Assembly: GCF_030684315.1 (NCBI RefSeq) | Contig: NC_081394.1 | Location: forward strand, 6,306,658-6,370,657 | Direction of reading: 5' to 3' | Length of the DNA stretch: 64,000 nucleotides | Source of the DNA: Stegostoma tigrinum | Taxonomy: Eukaryota | Shown: positions 47,528 to 59,490 of the stretch, piece by piece | Layout: every line of letters begins with the position of its first letter | Position numbering within the stretch: position 1 is the stretch's first letter | Notes under the pieces: generated by a model | What the model saw: only the letters and a program-made list of their open reading frames with translations | Told to the model about the DNA's origin: nothing | Database searches by the model: none | Made by a program: the position numbers and the translations under genes

Positions 47528-50500
47528 CAGTCCTGAGGGGGTGCCATCCTATCAAAGGGTCAGTACTGACGGAGTGCCATGCTGTTAGAGGGTCAGTACT
47601 GAGGGAGTGCCAACCTGTTATAGTGTCAGCAGTGAGGGAGTTCCATCCTGTCGGAGGGTCATTACTGAGGGAGTGTCATCCTGTCGGAGGGTCAGTAAAG
47701 AGGGAGTGCCATCCTGTTGGAGGGTCAGTAGTGAGGGAGTGCCATCCTCTTAGAGGGTCAGTACTGAGGGGGTGCCATCCTGTCGGAGGGTCAGTACTGA
47801 GAGAGTGCCATCCTGTTAGAGGGTCAGTGCTGAGGGCGTGTCATCCTGTAGGAGGGTCAGTACTGAGGGAGTGCCATCCTGTTAGAGGTTCAGTACTGAG
47901 GGAGTGCCATCCTGTTAGAGGGTCAGTTGTGAGGGAGTGCCATCCTGTCGGAGGGTCAGTACTGAGGGAGTGCCATCCTGTTAGAGGGTCAGTAGTGAGG
48001 GAGTGCCATCCTGTCAGAGGGTCAGTACTGAGGGAGTGCCATCCTGTCGGAGGGTCAGTACCGAGGGAGTGTCATCCTGTCGGAGGGTCGGGACTGAGAC
48101 ATTGCCATCCTGTCGGAGGGTCAGTAGTGAGTGAGTGCCATCCTGTTAGAGAGTCAGTACTGAGGGAGTGCCATCCTGTCGGAGGGTCAGTACTGAGAGA
48201 GTGCCATCCTGTTAGAGGGTCAGTACTGAGGGAGTGTCATCCTGTTAGAGGGTCAGTGCTGAGGGAGTGCCATCCTGTCGGAGGGTCAGTGCTGAGGGAG
48301 TGCCACACTGTTGGAGGGTCAGTGCTGAGGGAGTGCCACACTGTTGGAGGGTCAGTGCTAGGGTTTACCACATGAAATACTCCAGCACTGTGAAGTGCCA
48401 GTGCTGACGGAGTGCTGCACTGTTGGACGTTCAGTGCTGAGGGGCTGTGATACTGTCAGAGGGCCAGTGCTGAGGGAGTGCCTCGACTGTTGGAGGGTCT
48501 ACACTGAGGGAATGGCCCATTGTCAGAGGGTCAGTGCTGAGGAGTGCTACACTGTCAGAGGATCAGAACTGAGACATTGCCGAACTGTCAGAGATTCGGC
48601 GCTGAGGGAGTGCTTTACTGTCGAAGGGTCAGCACTGAAGTTGCTGGGTTGGAGGGTTAGTACTGAGGGTGTGCCACATTCCTGGAGGGTCAGTACTAAG
48701 GGAATGCTGCCACGGCTGGAGGGACTGTACTAGGGGACTACTGCACAGTTGGAGGGCCTATACTTAAGCAGTGCCGCACTGTTAAAGGTTAAGTACTGTG
48801 GGAGTGCTGCGCTGTCAGAAGGTCAGTGCTGAAGGAGTGCTGTGCTGTCAGAAGGTCAGTGCTGAAGGTGTGCTGCAATGTCAGAAGGTTAGTGCTGAAG
48901 GAGCACTGCAATTTCAGAAGGTCAGTGCTGAAGGAGTGTTGCACTGTCAGAAGGTCAGTGCTGAAGGAGTGCTGCACTGTTAGAAGGTCAGTGCTGAAGG
49001 AATGTTGCACTGTCAGAAGGTCAGTGCTGACGGAGTGCTGCGCTGTCAGAAAGTCAGTGCTGAAGAAATGTTGTGCTGTCAGATAGTCAGTGCTGAAGGA
49101 GCGCTGCACTGTCAGAAGGTCAGTGCTGAAGGAGCGCTGCAATGTCAGAAGGTCAGTGCTGAAGGAGTGCTGCACTGTCAGAAGGTCAGTGCTGAAGGAG
49201 TGCTGTGCTGTCAGATGGTCAGTGCTGAAGGAGTGTTGCACTGTCAGAAGGTCAGTGCTGAAGGAGCGCTGCAATGTCAGAAGGTCAGTGCTGAAGGAGT
49301 GCTGCACTGTCAGAAGGTCAGTGCTGAAGGAGTGCTGTGCTGTCAGATGGTCAGTGCTGAAGGAGTGCTGCACTGTCAGAAGGTCAGTGCTGAAGGAGTG
49401 TTGCAATGTCAGAAGGTCAGTGCTGAAGGAGTGCTGCAATGTCAGAAGGTCAGTGCTGAAGGAGTGTTGCACTGTCAGAAGGTCAGTGCTGAAGGAGTGT
49501 TGTGCTGTCAGATGGTCAGTGCTGAAGGAGCGCTGCAATGTCAGAAAGTCAGTGCTGAAGGAGTGCTGCACTGTCAGAAGGTCAGTGCTGAAGGAGTGCT
49601 GCACTGTCAGAAGGTCAGTGCTGAAGGAGTGCTGTAATGTCAGAAGGTCAGTGCTGAAGGAGTGCTGCAATGTCAGAAGGTCAGTGCTGAAGGAGTGCTG
49701 TACTGTCAGAAGGTCAGTGCTGAAGGAGTGTTGCAATGTCAGAAGGTCAGTGCTGAAGGAGTGCTGCACTGTCAGAAGGTCAGTGCTGAAGGAGTGCTGC
49801 ACTGTCAGAAGGTCAGTGCTGAAGGAGTGTTGCAATGTCAGAAGGTCAGTGCTGAAGGAGTGCTGCAATGTCAGAAGGTCAGTGCTGAAGGAGTGTTGCA
49901 CTGTCAGAAGGTCAGTGCTGAAGGAGTGTTGTGCTGTCAGATGGTCAGTGCTGAAGGAGCGCTGCAATGTCAGAAAGTCAGTGCTGAAGGAGTGCTGCAC
50001 TGTCAGAAGGTCAGTGCTGAAGGAGTGCTGTAATGTCAGAAGGTCAGTGCTGAAGGAGTGCTGCAATGTCAGAAGGTCAGTGCTGAAGGAGTGTTGCACT
50101 GTCAGAAGGTCAGTGCTGAAGGAGCGCTGCGCTGTCAGATGGTCAGTGCTGAAGGAGTGTTGCAATGTCAGAAGGTCAGTGCTGAAGGAGTGCTGCACTG
50201 TCAGAAGGTCAGTGCTGAAGGAGTGCTGCACTGTCAGAAGGTCAGTGCTGAAGGAGTGCTGCAATGTCAGAAGGTCAGTGCTGAAGGAGTGCTGCACTGT
50301 CAGAAGGTCAGTGCTGAAGGAGTGCTGTGCTGTCAGATGGTCAGTGCTGAAGGAGTGTTGCAATGTCAGAAGGTCAGTGCTGAAGGAGTGTTGCACTGTC
50401 AGAAGGTCAGTGCTGAGGGAGTGCTGTAATGTCAGAAGGTCAGTGCTGAAGGAGTGCTGCACTGTCAGAAGGTCAGTGCTGAAGGAGTGCTGCACTGTCA

Positions 50501-51592
50501 GAAGGTCAGTGCTGAAGGAGTGCTGCACTGTCAGAAGGTCAGTGCTGAAGGAGTGCTGCAATGTCAGAAAGTCAGTGCTGAAGGAGTGCTGTAATGTCAG
50601 AAGGTCAGTGCTGAAGGAGTGCTGCACTGTCAGAAGATCAGTGCTGAAGGAGTGTTGCACTGTCAGAAGGTCAGTGCTGAAGGAGTGCTGCACTGTCAGA
50701 AGGTCAGTGCTGAAGGAGTGCTGCAATGTCAGAAGGTCAGTGCTGAGGGAGTGCTGCAATGTCAGAAGGTCAGTGCTGAAGGAGTGCTGCACTGTCAGAA
50801 GGTCAGTGCTGAAGGAGTGCTGCAATGTCAGAAGGTCAGTGCTGAAGGAGTGCTGCACTGTCAGAAGGTCAGTGCTGAAGGAGTGCTGCACTGTCAGAAG
50901 GTCAGTGCTGAAGGAGTGCTGTGCTGTCAGATGGTCAGTGCTGAAGGAGCGCTGCAATGTCAGAAAGTCAGTGCTGAAGGAGTGCTGTAATGTCAGAAGG
51001 TCAGTGCTGAAGGAGTGCTGCGCTGTCAGAAGGTCAGTGCTGAAGGAGTGCTGTAATGTCAGAAGGTCAGTGCTGAAGGAGTGCTGCACTGTCAGAAGGT
51101 CAGTGCTGAAGGAGTGTTGCGCTGTCAGAAGCTCAGTGCTGAAGGAGTGCTGCGCTGTCAGAAGGTCAGTGCTGAAGGAGTGCTGCACTGCCAGAAGGTC
51201 AGTGCTGAAGGAGTGCTGCACTGCCAGAAGGTCAGTGCTGAAGGAATGTTGCGCTGTCAGAAGGTCAGTGCTGAGGGAGTGCTGCGCTGTCAGAAGGTCA
51301 GTGCTGAAGGAGTGATGCGCTGTCAGAAGGTCAGTGCTGAAGGAGTGCTGCGCTGTCAGAAGGTCAGTGCTGAAGGAGTGCTGCACTGCCAGAAGGTCAG
51401 TGCTGAAGGAATGTTGCGCTGTCAGAAGGTCAGTGCTGAGGGAGTGCTGCGCTGTCAGAAGGTCAGTGCTGAAGGAGTGATGCGCTGTCAGAAGGTCAGT
51501 GCTGAAGGAGTGCTGCGCTGTCAGAAGGTCAGTGCTGAAGGAGTGATGCGCTGTCAGAAGGTCAGTGCTGAAGGAGTGCTGCACTGTCAGAG
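47528..51592 (+). repeat. ~4-kb 33-bp minisatellite array with two homogeneous sub-blocks
   Basis: gagggagtgccatcctgttagagggtcagtact (47530-48360), a degenerate linker, then gaaggagtgctgcactgtcagaaggtcagtgct (48800-51590). Confidence 0.97.
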
Positions 51593-51796
51593 TGCCTGTA
51601 CTGACTGTACTGCTGTGTGAACAATTCGTGCTGAGGATTGTGCTGCAATGTTAGAGTGTTGGTATAAAGGGAGTGCTGCATTGCTGGAGTATTATTAGTG
51701 TCTCCTACTGCAGTAAAGGAGGATTAGTTCTTAGGGACAGCTATATTGCCACAGGGTCAGTACTGTGCAATCATTGGTCTTTCAGAGAGTACTTAC

Positions 51797-52090
51797 ATTG
51801 CACTGTGAGTATGTGCATCTGCTCTGAAGAAACAGTTGGATAACTCAGTCTGCAAGTGAGAGTTTGCCCCTGGTCTCTGAGTGATGGTGTCAGGGCCAGA
51901 ACAGAAGTATAGGTCAGAGTGGCACCATGCTGAGTTACAGTGTTTGAGACTGATCCATGTACGGCAGTGGGAGTGTCCCAGGTTAAGGCAGGAGCGGTTC
52001 CAGTGCATGTTGTGTTGAAGATGCAGTTTAGCCTCACACGCTTTCCTGCGATAATTTCCACAGGGGCTACCGTGGGTTTATCCGTGAAAT
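51797..52090 (-). CDS. Gene B Ig domain 2 exon (294 nt)
   Basis: gttttag|AT TTC ACG GAT AAA CCC to CAA T|gtaagt; DFTDKP...LNCIFNTTCTGTAPALTW...TSVLALTPSLRDQGQTLTCRL; carries the extra inter-domain Cys typical of Siglec D2. Confidence 0.93.
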
Positions 52091-52741
52091 CTAAAACAGA
52101 GATAATGGATCCTGTTAGACAAATAAAACGTGAATCATTGGTTCAAATAGAAATTACAGTCCTATGAAAGGAAATACTTTTACAAGCTCTCATGATATGA
52201 GATCAGGGGTTAAAATAATCAGGGAAAGTCTCTTTAAGCAGGATTAGCATGATTCATGGAAGTGAATAACGAAATAAAATTGATGGACGCAGTCAATATA
52301 TTTAACCATTGATAATAAAGTCTGTATTTGAGGATGCTTCATTACTAAATTGAAAGCTACTGCTAGTTAATTGATAGTCACACACTGTGTTTTTATGGGT
52401 CCCATTGATCTGAAAGTGATGCCGTCAGGTTTCTGAACTCCTGGCAGTGCCACTCATGGTGGTATGGTCAGTGAGGAGTAACCAGACAAAGCACAATCCA
52501 AAAACCGTGCTCTCAGTGGCTATTCAGGTGGTATCTATATCAGCGGATGTAGGCAGCATCGGCTGCCACATTAACATGTGTTCTGTACGTGGATCGATCT
52601 GTAAGAATTCAACACATACCGACACAGAATTTCATAGGAGTTCATTCACTCTCATTAACCAGTGATTGTCACCGTACTAATCAACTGTATTTTGTTTCAT
52701 TTCCCAGAGTGCTGAGTGCAAATTATTGAGTCAGCATTTAC

Positions 52742-53107
52742 CAGAAATGTGAAGCTGGGTTCTTGGAAAGTAGCTGTAACTATTCACTTTGTCAAATTCT
52801 ATTCTAAAGTGATAAGATCCTGCATCTTCCCTCTTGATGGTGTTTATAATCAGAGAACAGTCCCCATTTTTCAGGTCTCCAGACAGCCATGTCCTACTTT
52901 GGAACTGTTGGGACTCTTTCTCATGATGGTTGGAGTGAAAAGCTATCAATGATGTTCCAGATCCTCCCTCTTTGTTCCAGATTCCAATTCGTGGTTGGTT
53001 TGACACATGTGAAGGGTAACTGTAACGACATGGAATCTGAGCACAGGAACCTTCCTGCGCTGTCACCTCACGTGGACCGTGGAGTTTCCAGTCTTGTGCC
53101 AGTCCAG
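52742..53107 (-). CDS. Gene B V-set sialic-acid-binding Ig exon (366 nt)
   Basis: ctcctcag|CT GGA... to TCT G|gtaaat; QDWK, GSCAQIPCRYSYP (two Cys), GDCSLII (E-strand Cys), DAGSYHFRIEF (F-strand essential Arg), NSYSY; all are Siglec V-set hallmarks. Confidence 0.95.
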
Positions 53108-53894
53108 CTGAGGAGAGAAATATCAATATTTAGCACTGGATGACCTGGAGATTCACTCTATATCAACACCGCGCCACCCCCCCCCCCCCGCAACACTGAT
53201 CCACAGTGGCTGCAGTGTGGATGATCTACAGCATCCTCAAGAAAGTCCCCAGGGATACACAGCACATGGAGGGGAATCCTGGGCACAGGAGTGGACATGT
53301 TTATTCTACATTGGCTCACTGTCCTCGGACTCTGTTTAGTGAAGTCAGTCTTCCATCCAAGGTATACCAATCGAGATGCATTCAGTTCTGATTTACAATG
53401 AAATTGTTTAATCAATTTTTCTAATCAGCCTGTTCAGATAAATTATTTCACACCCCTGGAGTAGGTGAGACTTCAATCCAGACCTCCCAGTCCAGAGATA
53501 TGGAGACTGGTACTGCACCACAAGCAGGCACTTCAGAGCCAATTTATAAAATCGGATATTGGTTGAGGAGCCCTCAGAACGTACACCATTTTCACCATCA
53601 TGTCTCATTCATTAGTTGATTCTCTCTATTCAAACTTGAACCCAGCTGATCAGCTGATTGACATCCTAATAGGTGCAGATTCTCCTTTCTTAATTTTTTT
53701 TAATGGGAAGTGTGGGTCACTGGCTGGTCCAACATTTAATGCTCATCCCTCAGTGCCCTTGAGAAAATGCTGGTGAGCTAGCCACCGCAGTGGTGAGCTG
53801 TAGAATGAAGCTCTGTCCTTCTGAACATGTAAGAGTAGAAGTAACAAGAAACTGAAGTGGAATGATACTTTTCACCCTTCGATCCTCCTGCAGC

Positions 53895-54795
53895 ATTGTG
53901 TACACATGGGGTTAGGGCTAATTTATTGTCTTGGATAGATGATTGTCTAGTCATCATGAAGCAGAGAGTTTGGATAAATAGGCCTGTTTCTTGTTGGCAG
54001 GATGTAACAAATGGCAGACCAAATGGATCAGTCCTGAGGCCCCAACTATTTACAATCTACATTAATGATTTGGATGAGGGAATAGAAAGTACTCCTGCCA
54101 AATTTTCAAATCATTGTCAAATAGATGGGAAAGAAAGTTGTAATGAGAAATAAGAAATTTATGAACAGTTCTGAACGGGTTAGATGAATGAGACATGATT
54201 TGATATGAGGAGATTAACACTGATGAGTGAGGTTTTAGAGGTGTAAAAAGGCAAGTTATTATCTATGTGGAGAGAAACTTGATGCAGAAGAATTTGGGTG
54301 TCCTTGTGCACAAATTGCAGAAACTAATATGAAGGTGCAGCAAATGATAAGGAAGACAAATGAAATGTTGGCATTTGTTGTTAAAGGAATAAAGTTGCAA
54401 AATAGAGAAAGCTATGGGGTGCCCTTAAAAACTTAATAACATCATGAGAGGTATGAATAGGATGGATAGCCAAAGTCTTTTCCCCAGGGTAGGGGAGTCC
54501 GAAACTAAAAGACTTAGGTTTAAAGTGAGTGGGAAAAAGATTCAAAAGGGAGCTATGGAGAAACCTTTTCGTACAAAGTTTGGTGCGTTTATGGAATGAG
54601 CTACCAGAGGACGTGGTGGAGGCTGGTACAATTACAATATTTAAGAGGCACCTGGATGGCTATATGAATAGGAATGCTGCTGAGAGATATGGGCCAAATG
54701 CTGACAAATGAGACTAGATTAATCGAGAATATCTCATCAGCATAGATGAGTTTGGCAGAAGGGTCTGTTTCTGTGCTGTGCATTTCTATGAGTCT
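53895..54795 (+). mobile_element. Decayed CR1 RT and 3' fragments
   Basis: KQRVWIN, GSVLRPQLFTIYINDLDEG, RLWNELPEDVVEA. Confidence 0.85.
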
Positions 54796-54899
54796 AAGTA
54801 TGGCTGCAACTGCAAAAGGCATTAGTGAAACAAGTACATAGTAATCATAGGAGGGACAGATCAAAAATTCTGAAACAGAGGCATATTGGTTACATTGCA

Positions 54900-56790
54900 C
54901 AGGACATGCACTAGGCAAGATCAACGTTAGCAAAATCAGTGTTACTTGAGGCCAGAGAGTCCATTCATCAGTTTGATAATGGCTGGGAAGAAGCTGGGTT
55001 CCTGAACTTGCTGGTGCATGTATTTTGGCTCCTCTATCTTCTGCCTGACAAAAGAGGTCATAGGAGAGCATTACTAGGGTGCAATGGGTCTTTGATGATG
55101 GCAGCTTTTCTGCTGCAGTGAGCCATGCAAATGGAGTTCACAGATGGTATGTTGGCTTCCACGATGGTTGAGGCTGTGCATACAGCCTTCTGTGGTTTCT
55201 CTGGTCCTGAGCACAGCAGTTGCCATATCAGGCCATCATGCACCCAGACAGTATACTTTCAATGGTGCATCTGTAGAAATTGGCGAGGGAACTAATGGGA
55301 ATGCCAAATTTCCTGATCTTCCTGAGGAACAAGAGGCATTGTTGTGCCTTCTTGATTAACACATCTGCATGGGAAGTCAGTTATCATCAATCCAAGGAAT
55401 TTGATGCTCTTCACCCTCTCAACATCAGTTTTGTTGATGTAGATGGGAGTGTGTTCTCCTCCTGTCTTTCTGAAATCAATGATCAGTTCTTTAGTTTTGC
55501 CACTGTTGAGAGATAGATTGTTTACATTGCACCGCATTACCAAGCCCTGTATTCCTATTCTGTAGTTTGACTTGTCATTGTTAGATATCTGTCCCACTAT
55601 GGTGCTATTGCAATGAACTTGTAGATGGTGTTCATTCAGAATTTGGCAACACAGTCTAAGGCGTACATGGGGTGCAGAGGGGGCTGAGGACAGGTCCTTG
55701 GAGAGGGGGCTGCAGTGTTGAATGATATTGTGTAGGAGGTGCTGGTACCTATCTTCATTCATTGCAGTCAATGGGTTAGAAAGCTGAGGACCTAGTTGCA
55801 GAGGGCGAAACCAAGATAAAGGTCACATCATTTGGAGATCAGACTGGAAGGGATAATGGTGTTGCAGTCATAGTCAATGAGTAAGAGTCTGATGTAGGTT
55901 CTTTGATATCCAGATGATTGTAGGGCTAGGGATCTGGCATCCTATGATGATCTGTTACATCAGTAGGCAAATTATAGGGGATCAAGGCAGGTTGAGAGAC
56001 TGGAGTTGATGTGGACCATGACTAGTCTCTCGAAGCACTTCACGATTATTGAAGTCAGATCTATTGCACAGTTGTCATTAAGACACTCTGCACGTGTTTT
56101 CTTGAGTAAGGGATTGATGGTGGATTTCTTGAAGTAGGTATGTCTTTGGCTTGTAGGAAGGAGATGTTGAAGATGTCGGTGACTACCTCCACCAGTTGGT
56201 CCACACAGAATCTGAGTGCTCAGCCAGGGACATCGTCCAGGCCTGTCACTTTCCTTGGGTTGACTCACAGGAAAATTGATCTGATGTCTAAAGTGGTGAT
56301 GGAGGGAACAGGTGTGTCTGGGGCCGTCGGGGCAGGTGTTGCTACATTGACACTATTCGGTTCAAACCAGGCGTAGAAAGCATTGCGCGCTCCAGGGTGG
56401 GATGTATCATTGTCCGCTATCTCACACTGTTTCATTTTGTGTCCCGTAATGTTGTTTATGCCTTGCCACAAAGAGCAGGAGTCTGTTTAGTAGGTTTGGC
56501 CTCTAACTTGGTCTGGTATTTCCCCTTGCCATCCCTGATGGTGTTTTGGAGGTCATATATGGATTTCGTATATTGGTCCAGGCCACCCAACTTAAATGCT
56601 GCATTCCTGGTCTCAGTCGAGAATGGATTTCCTGGTTCATCTAAGGTTTACAGTTAGGGAACACTTGGATTGACTTCTTTGGCATGCAGTTCTCCACACA
56701 TTTGCTAATTAGTCCATGACTATGATGGCATACTCATCGAAGTTTTCCGCTGAACACTTGAACATGGTCCAATCCACCGATGTACCCATG
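54900..56790 (-). mobile_element. Rex1/Babar-type LINE RT remnant
   Basis: WQGINNIT, CLNDNCAIDLTSIIVKCFERLV, NNLSLNSGKTKELIIDFRK, VERVKSIKFLG. Confidence 0.8.
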
Positions 56791-57649
56791 ATAACCCCTA
56801 CAAGACCCATGTGGAATCACTTATTAATCTCCCTGTGGAGCTCTTGTAACAGGTTGGAAATCATCACCTTAGACCTTTATAAAGCAGACCTCATTTTCAG
56901 TAACAGACTTTGCTTCCAAATATCCAATTGGCTATATGGGTGATTAACTGGTGGCGGTTGATACTTAAAACCAAAAAAAAATCACAGTGCTTTGGTGGTA
57001 GAAAAGTCATTTGGTTGTCTGTAAGAACACTTCCGGATTTTTTTTAAGATAAAGCAGATCCAGGGATGGATCTGTAGAACTGTCTGTTCCAGATTGGGAC
57101 TACCCACTATATACTATAATTAGTGCTGCTAATGTTCAAGAATAAATGATGTTCCTTTCCAGTCAGGCTTCCTAACTTATACCAATACCAATCAGCTCAA
57201 AGCTCTGGTAATAATATAGAGATTATAATCTTTGAGGTTCTGCTTTATAAATCATATTCTCTATGCCATTCTCATTTCTGCTTCTCACTATGTCTTTGCA
57301 ACAGATATGAGCCACATCCATTGGATTCTTCCCCTCCCACTGCGACGTCCTTTCCAGCCATGAGCTAATCACCGAAACCCTGTCACTGGGCAGGCAACAT
57401 TGGCACGTCCACTTTCCGACAGATAACGGTGTCACACCCTCTCGATATAATGAACACTACTGCCACTACATTCCTTGTTGCTCTCTTTACTTGAATAGCA
57501 TCCTGTACCATAGTGCTATGGTCAATTAGCATCTGTAGGCACGTTTGGATCACAATTATATCCATCGAGAGCTCAAATGCTGCAGTATTGACAAATCATA
57601 ATTTAAATTCTTTATTAATTTAATTTAATTTAATTTCTTTAACGCCTTC

Positions 57650-58572
57650 CTGGGACATAGGAAGATTGTCATGGTTGTTGGACGTCAGTCATCTCAGTTT
57701 CAGAACATCTTTTCAGGAGTTCCTCAAGATCGTGTCCAAGATTCAACAATCTTCAGTGGCTTCATCAATTATTTTCACCCCCCATGAGGGCAAAGGTGGG
57801 GATGTTCACCAATGATTGCACCGTGTTCAGTACCATTTACAATTCCTCAGATACTGAAACAGCCCATGTCCAAATGCAACAAAATCATGACAATATCCAG
57901 GCTTGGGCTGACAACTGGCAAGTAACATTCATGCTACACAAATGACAGGCAATGACCATCACCAGTAAGAGACAATCTAACCACCACCCCTTGACATTCA
58001 ATGGTGTTGCCATCACTTAATTCTCCATTCTCAACATCCTGTGAGGTTACCATTGACCAGAAACTCAACTGGACTCACCAATAAACAGTGGTTACAATAG
58101 CAGGTCAGAGGCAAGGAATACTGAGGTGAGTAACTCACCTCTTAACTATATTCACAAGGCACAAGTTAGCGGTGTGACAGGATACTCCCCAATTGCCTGG
58201 ATGGATGCAGCTCTAACAACACGTAAGAAGCTTGACATTATCCATGGCAAAGCAGCCCACTTGATTGGCCGTACATCCACCAGCATCCACTCCCTCCACT
58301 GCCAACAGTAGCAGCAGTGTGTAAAATCTGCAAGATGCACTGCAGAAATTCAATAAACATCCTCAGACAGCACCATCTAAATTAACAGCCACTTCAGTCT
58401 AGAAGGACAAGGGGCAGTGATACTTGCGAACACGACCCCCTGCGAGTTCCCCTCCAAGCCACCCACCATCTTGACTTGGAAATAGCTCATCACCACCTTC
58501 TTGATGGCAGCTAAGGACATGAAATAAATACTGGCTAGACAGTGACACCCATGTCCCACAAATGAATAAAGA
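57650..58572 (+). mobile_element. CR1/L2-like LINE RT and 3' tail fragment
   Basis: ggagttcctcaa (GVPQ), atgttcaccaatgattgc (decayed MFADD), NIQAWADNWQV; tail aataaatactggctag...gacacccatgtccca. Confidence 0.75.
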
Positions 58573-58989
58573 AAATCCTCATTGATTCTTCTGTCTGAGG
58601 GATCTCGTTCATTGTCTCAAGGATTATTTCTGACTCAAACACTGTATGATTCATTCTGATACAGCAATGGGTCCGATACTGATGGGTCCCCAATCTCAGC
58701 ACTGACCCTACTCCTGCAGTCACTGTGATGAACTTGAGCAAAGTGCTTCTAGCCTGAGCTCTGCACATATTGAGATCAAAGACAAATATGGAATTGAATT
58801 TTCTACCTGTATCCACCAACTGCTTTGCCTTCCCTCCCCGTAATCAGTTACATTACTGAGGTTTCTCGTTCAGTGAGAATGGACAGGAAGTGTAATGCTC
58901 AACAGCCTGCCTATTCTAGTAATTGCTGTGTTGACTTCATAGGAAATTCTGATTAATGTTCGCGTAAGGATAATTTTAAACTATATTTA

Positions 58990-59330
58990 CTGGACTTTAG
59001 AAAAATACGGGGGATCTCATAGAAACCTATAAAATTCTAATAGGACAAGGTAGGATGTTCCTGATGACAGGGTCACAATCTAAGGATACTGGGAAGGTCA
59101 TATAGGACTGAGGAGAATATTTTTAGGAGATGAGGAGAATATTTTTCATCTAGAGAATGGTGAACCTGTTGAATTCTCTGCCACAGTCAGATATAGTTTT
59201 TCGGGCTAAAGGGATAAAGTGGTCTGGCGAGGGGCAAGTGGGTGTGGCGAAAGCCAGACAAGGAGACTGAATAACGGAGTTGACGTAAAGGGCCAAATGG
59301 CCTAATCCAGCTTCTATATTCTACGTATCT
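58990..59330 (+). mobile_element. CR1 3' fragment
   Basis: ggggatctcatagaaacctataaaatt (GDLIETYKI); tail aagggccaaatggccta. Confidence 0.85.
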
Positions 59331-59450
59331 AAAAGATGCATTCTCTACAACTGGTGCACTGCTGAACAGGTTCCCAAGCAGAGCTCGGTAAAAATGATCT
59401 TTTACAAAAGTTATTGACCGTAAGTCTGTCCAAGCTGACAATGGCATTAC

Positions 59451-59490
59451 CTTGGAGAAGTGACAGAAGGAAGTAAGATTTCCCGATCAT
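59451..59490 (-). CDS. Gene B signal-peptide exon
   Basis: gcaacaATG ATC GGG AAA TCT TAC TTC CTT CTG TCA CTT CTC CAA G|gtaatg = MIGKSYFLLSLLQ; phase 1 joins the V exon to give ...LLQAGLAQDW; an acceptor (tactttcag| at 59532) suggests an upstream UTR exon; an in-frame upstream ATG at 59511 is an alternative start. Confidence 0.8.

Larger units (their letters stand above)
32585..59490 (-). other. Gene B span: apparently complete Siglec-like receptor, 9 coding exons, 1659 nt / 552 aa (leader-V-C2-C2-C2-TM-cyt)
   Basis: Exon lengths 40+366+294+282+282+97+82+108+108 join in one open frame with AG/GT sites throughout. Confidence 0.87.

Noticed and set aside
47528-51592. CRISPR-like array
   Set aside because: Head-to-tail tandem units with no unique spacers, no cas genes, and a vertebrate context
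47528-51592. RAG recombination signal heptamers (cactgtc resembles CACTGTG) near Ig exons
   Set aside because: No nonamer at 12/23 spacing seen; the genes are ordinary spliced Siglecs and the motif is explained by SINE origin
47482-51620. Long ORFs (931 aa on -, 741 aa and 297 aa on +) of 11-aa repeats
   Set aside because: By-product of a 33-bp (multiple of 3) intronic minisatellite that is open in several frames on both strands; no non-repetitive domain or gene structure
1686-59490. Assigning gene symbols MAG, CD22, SIGLEC1 or CD33
   Set aside because: Domains resemble several Siglec types and the genes look like lineage-specific paralogues; orthology needs phylogeny and synteny
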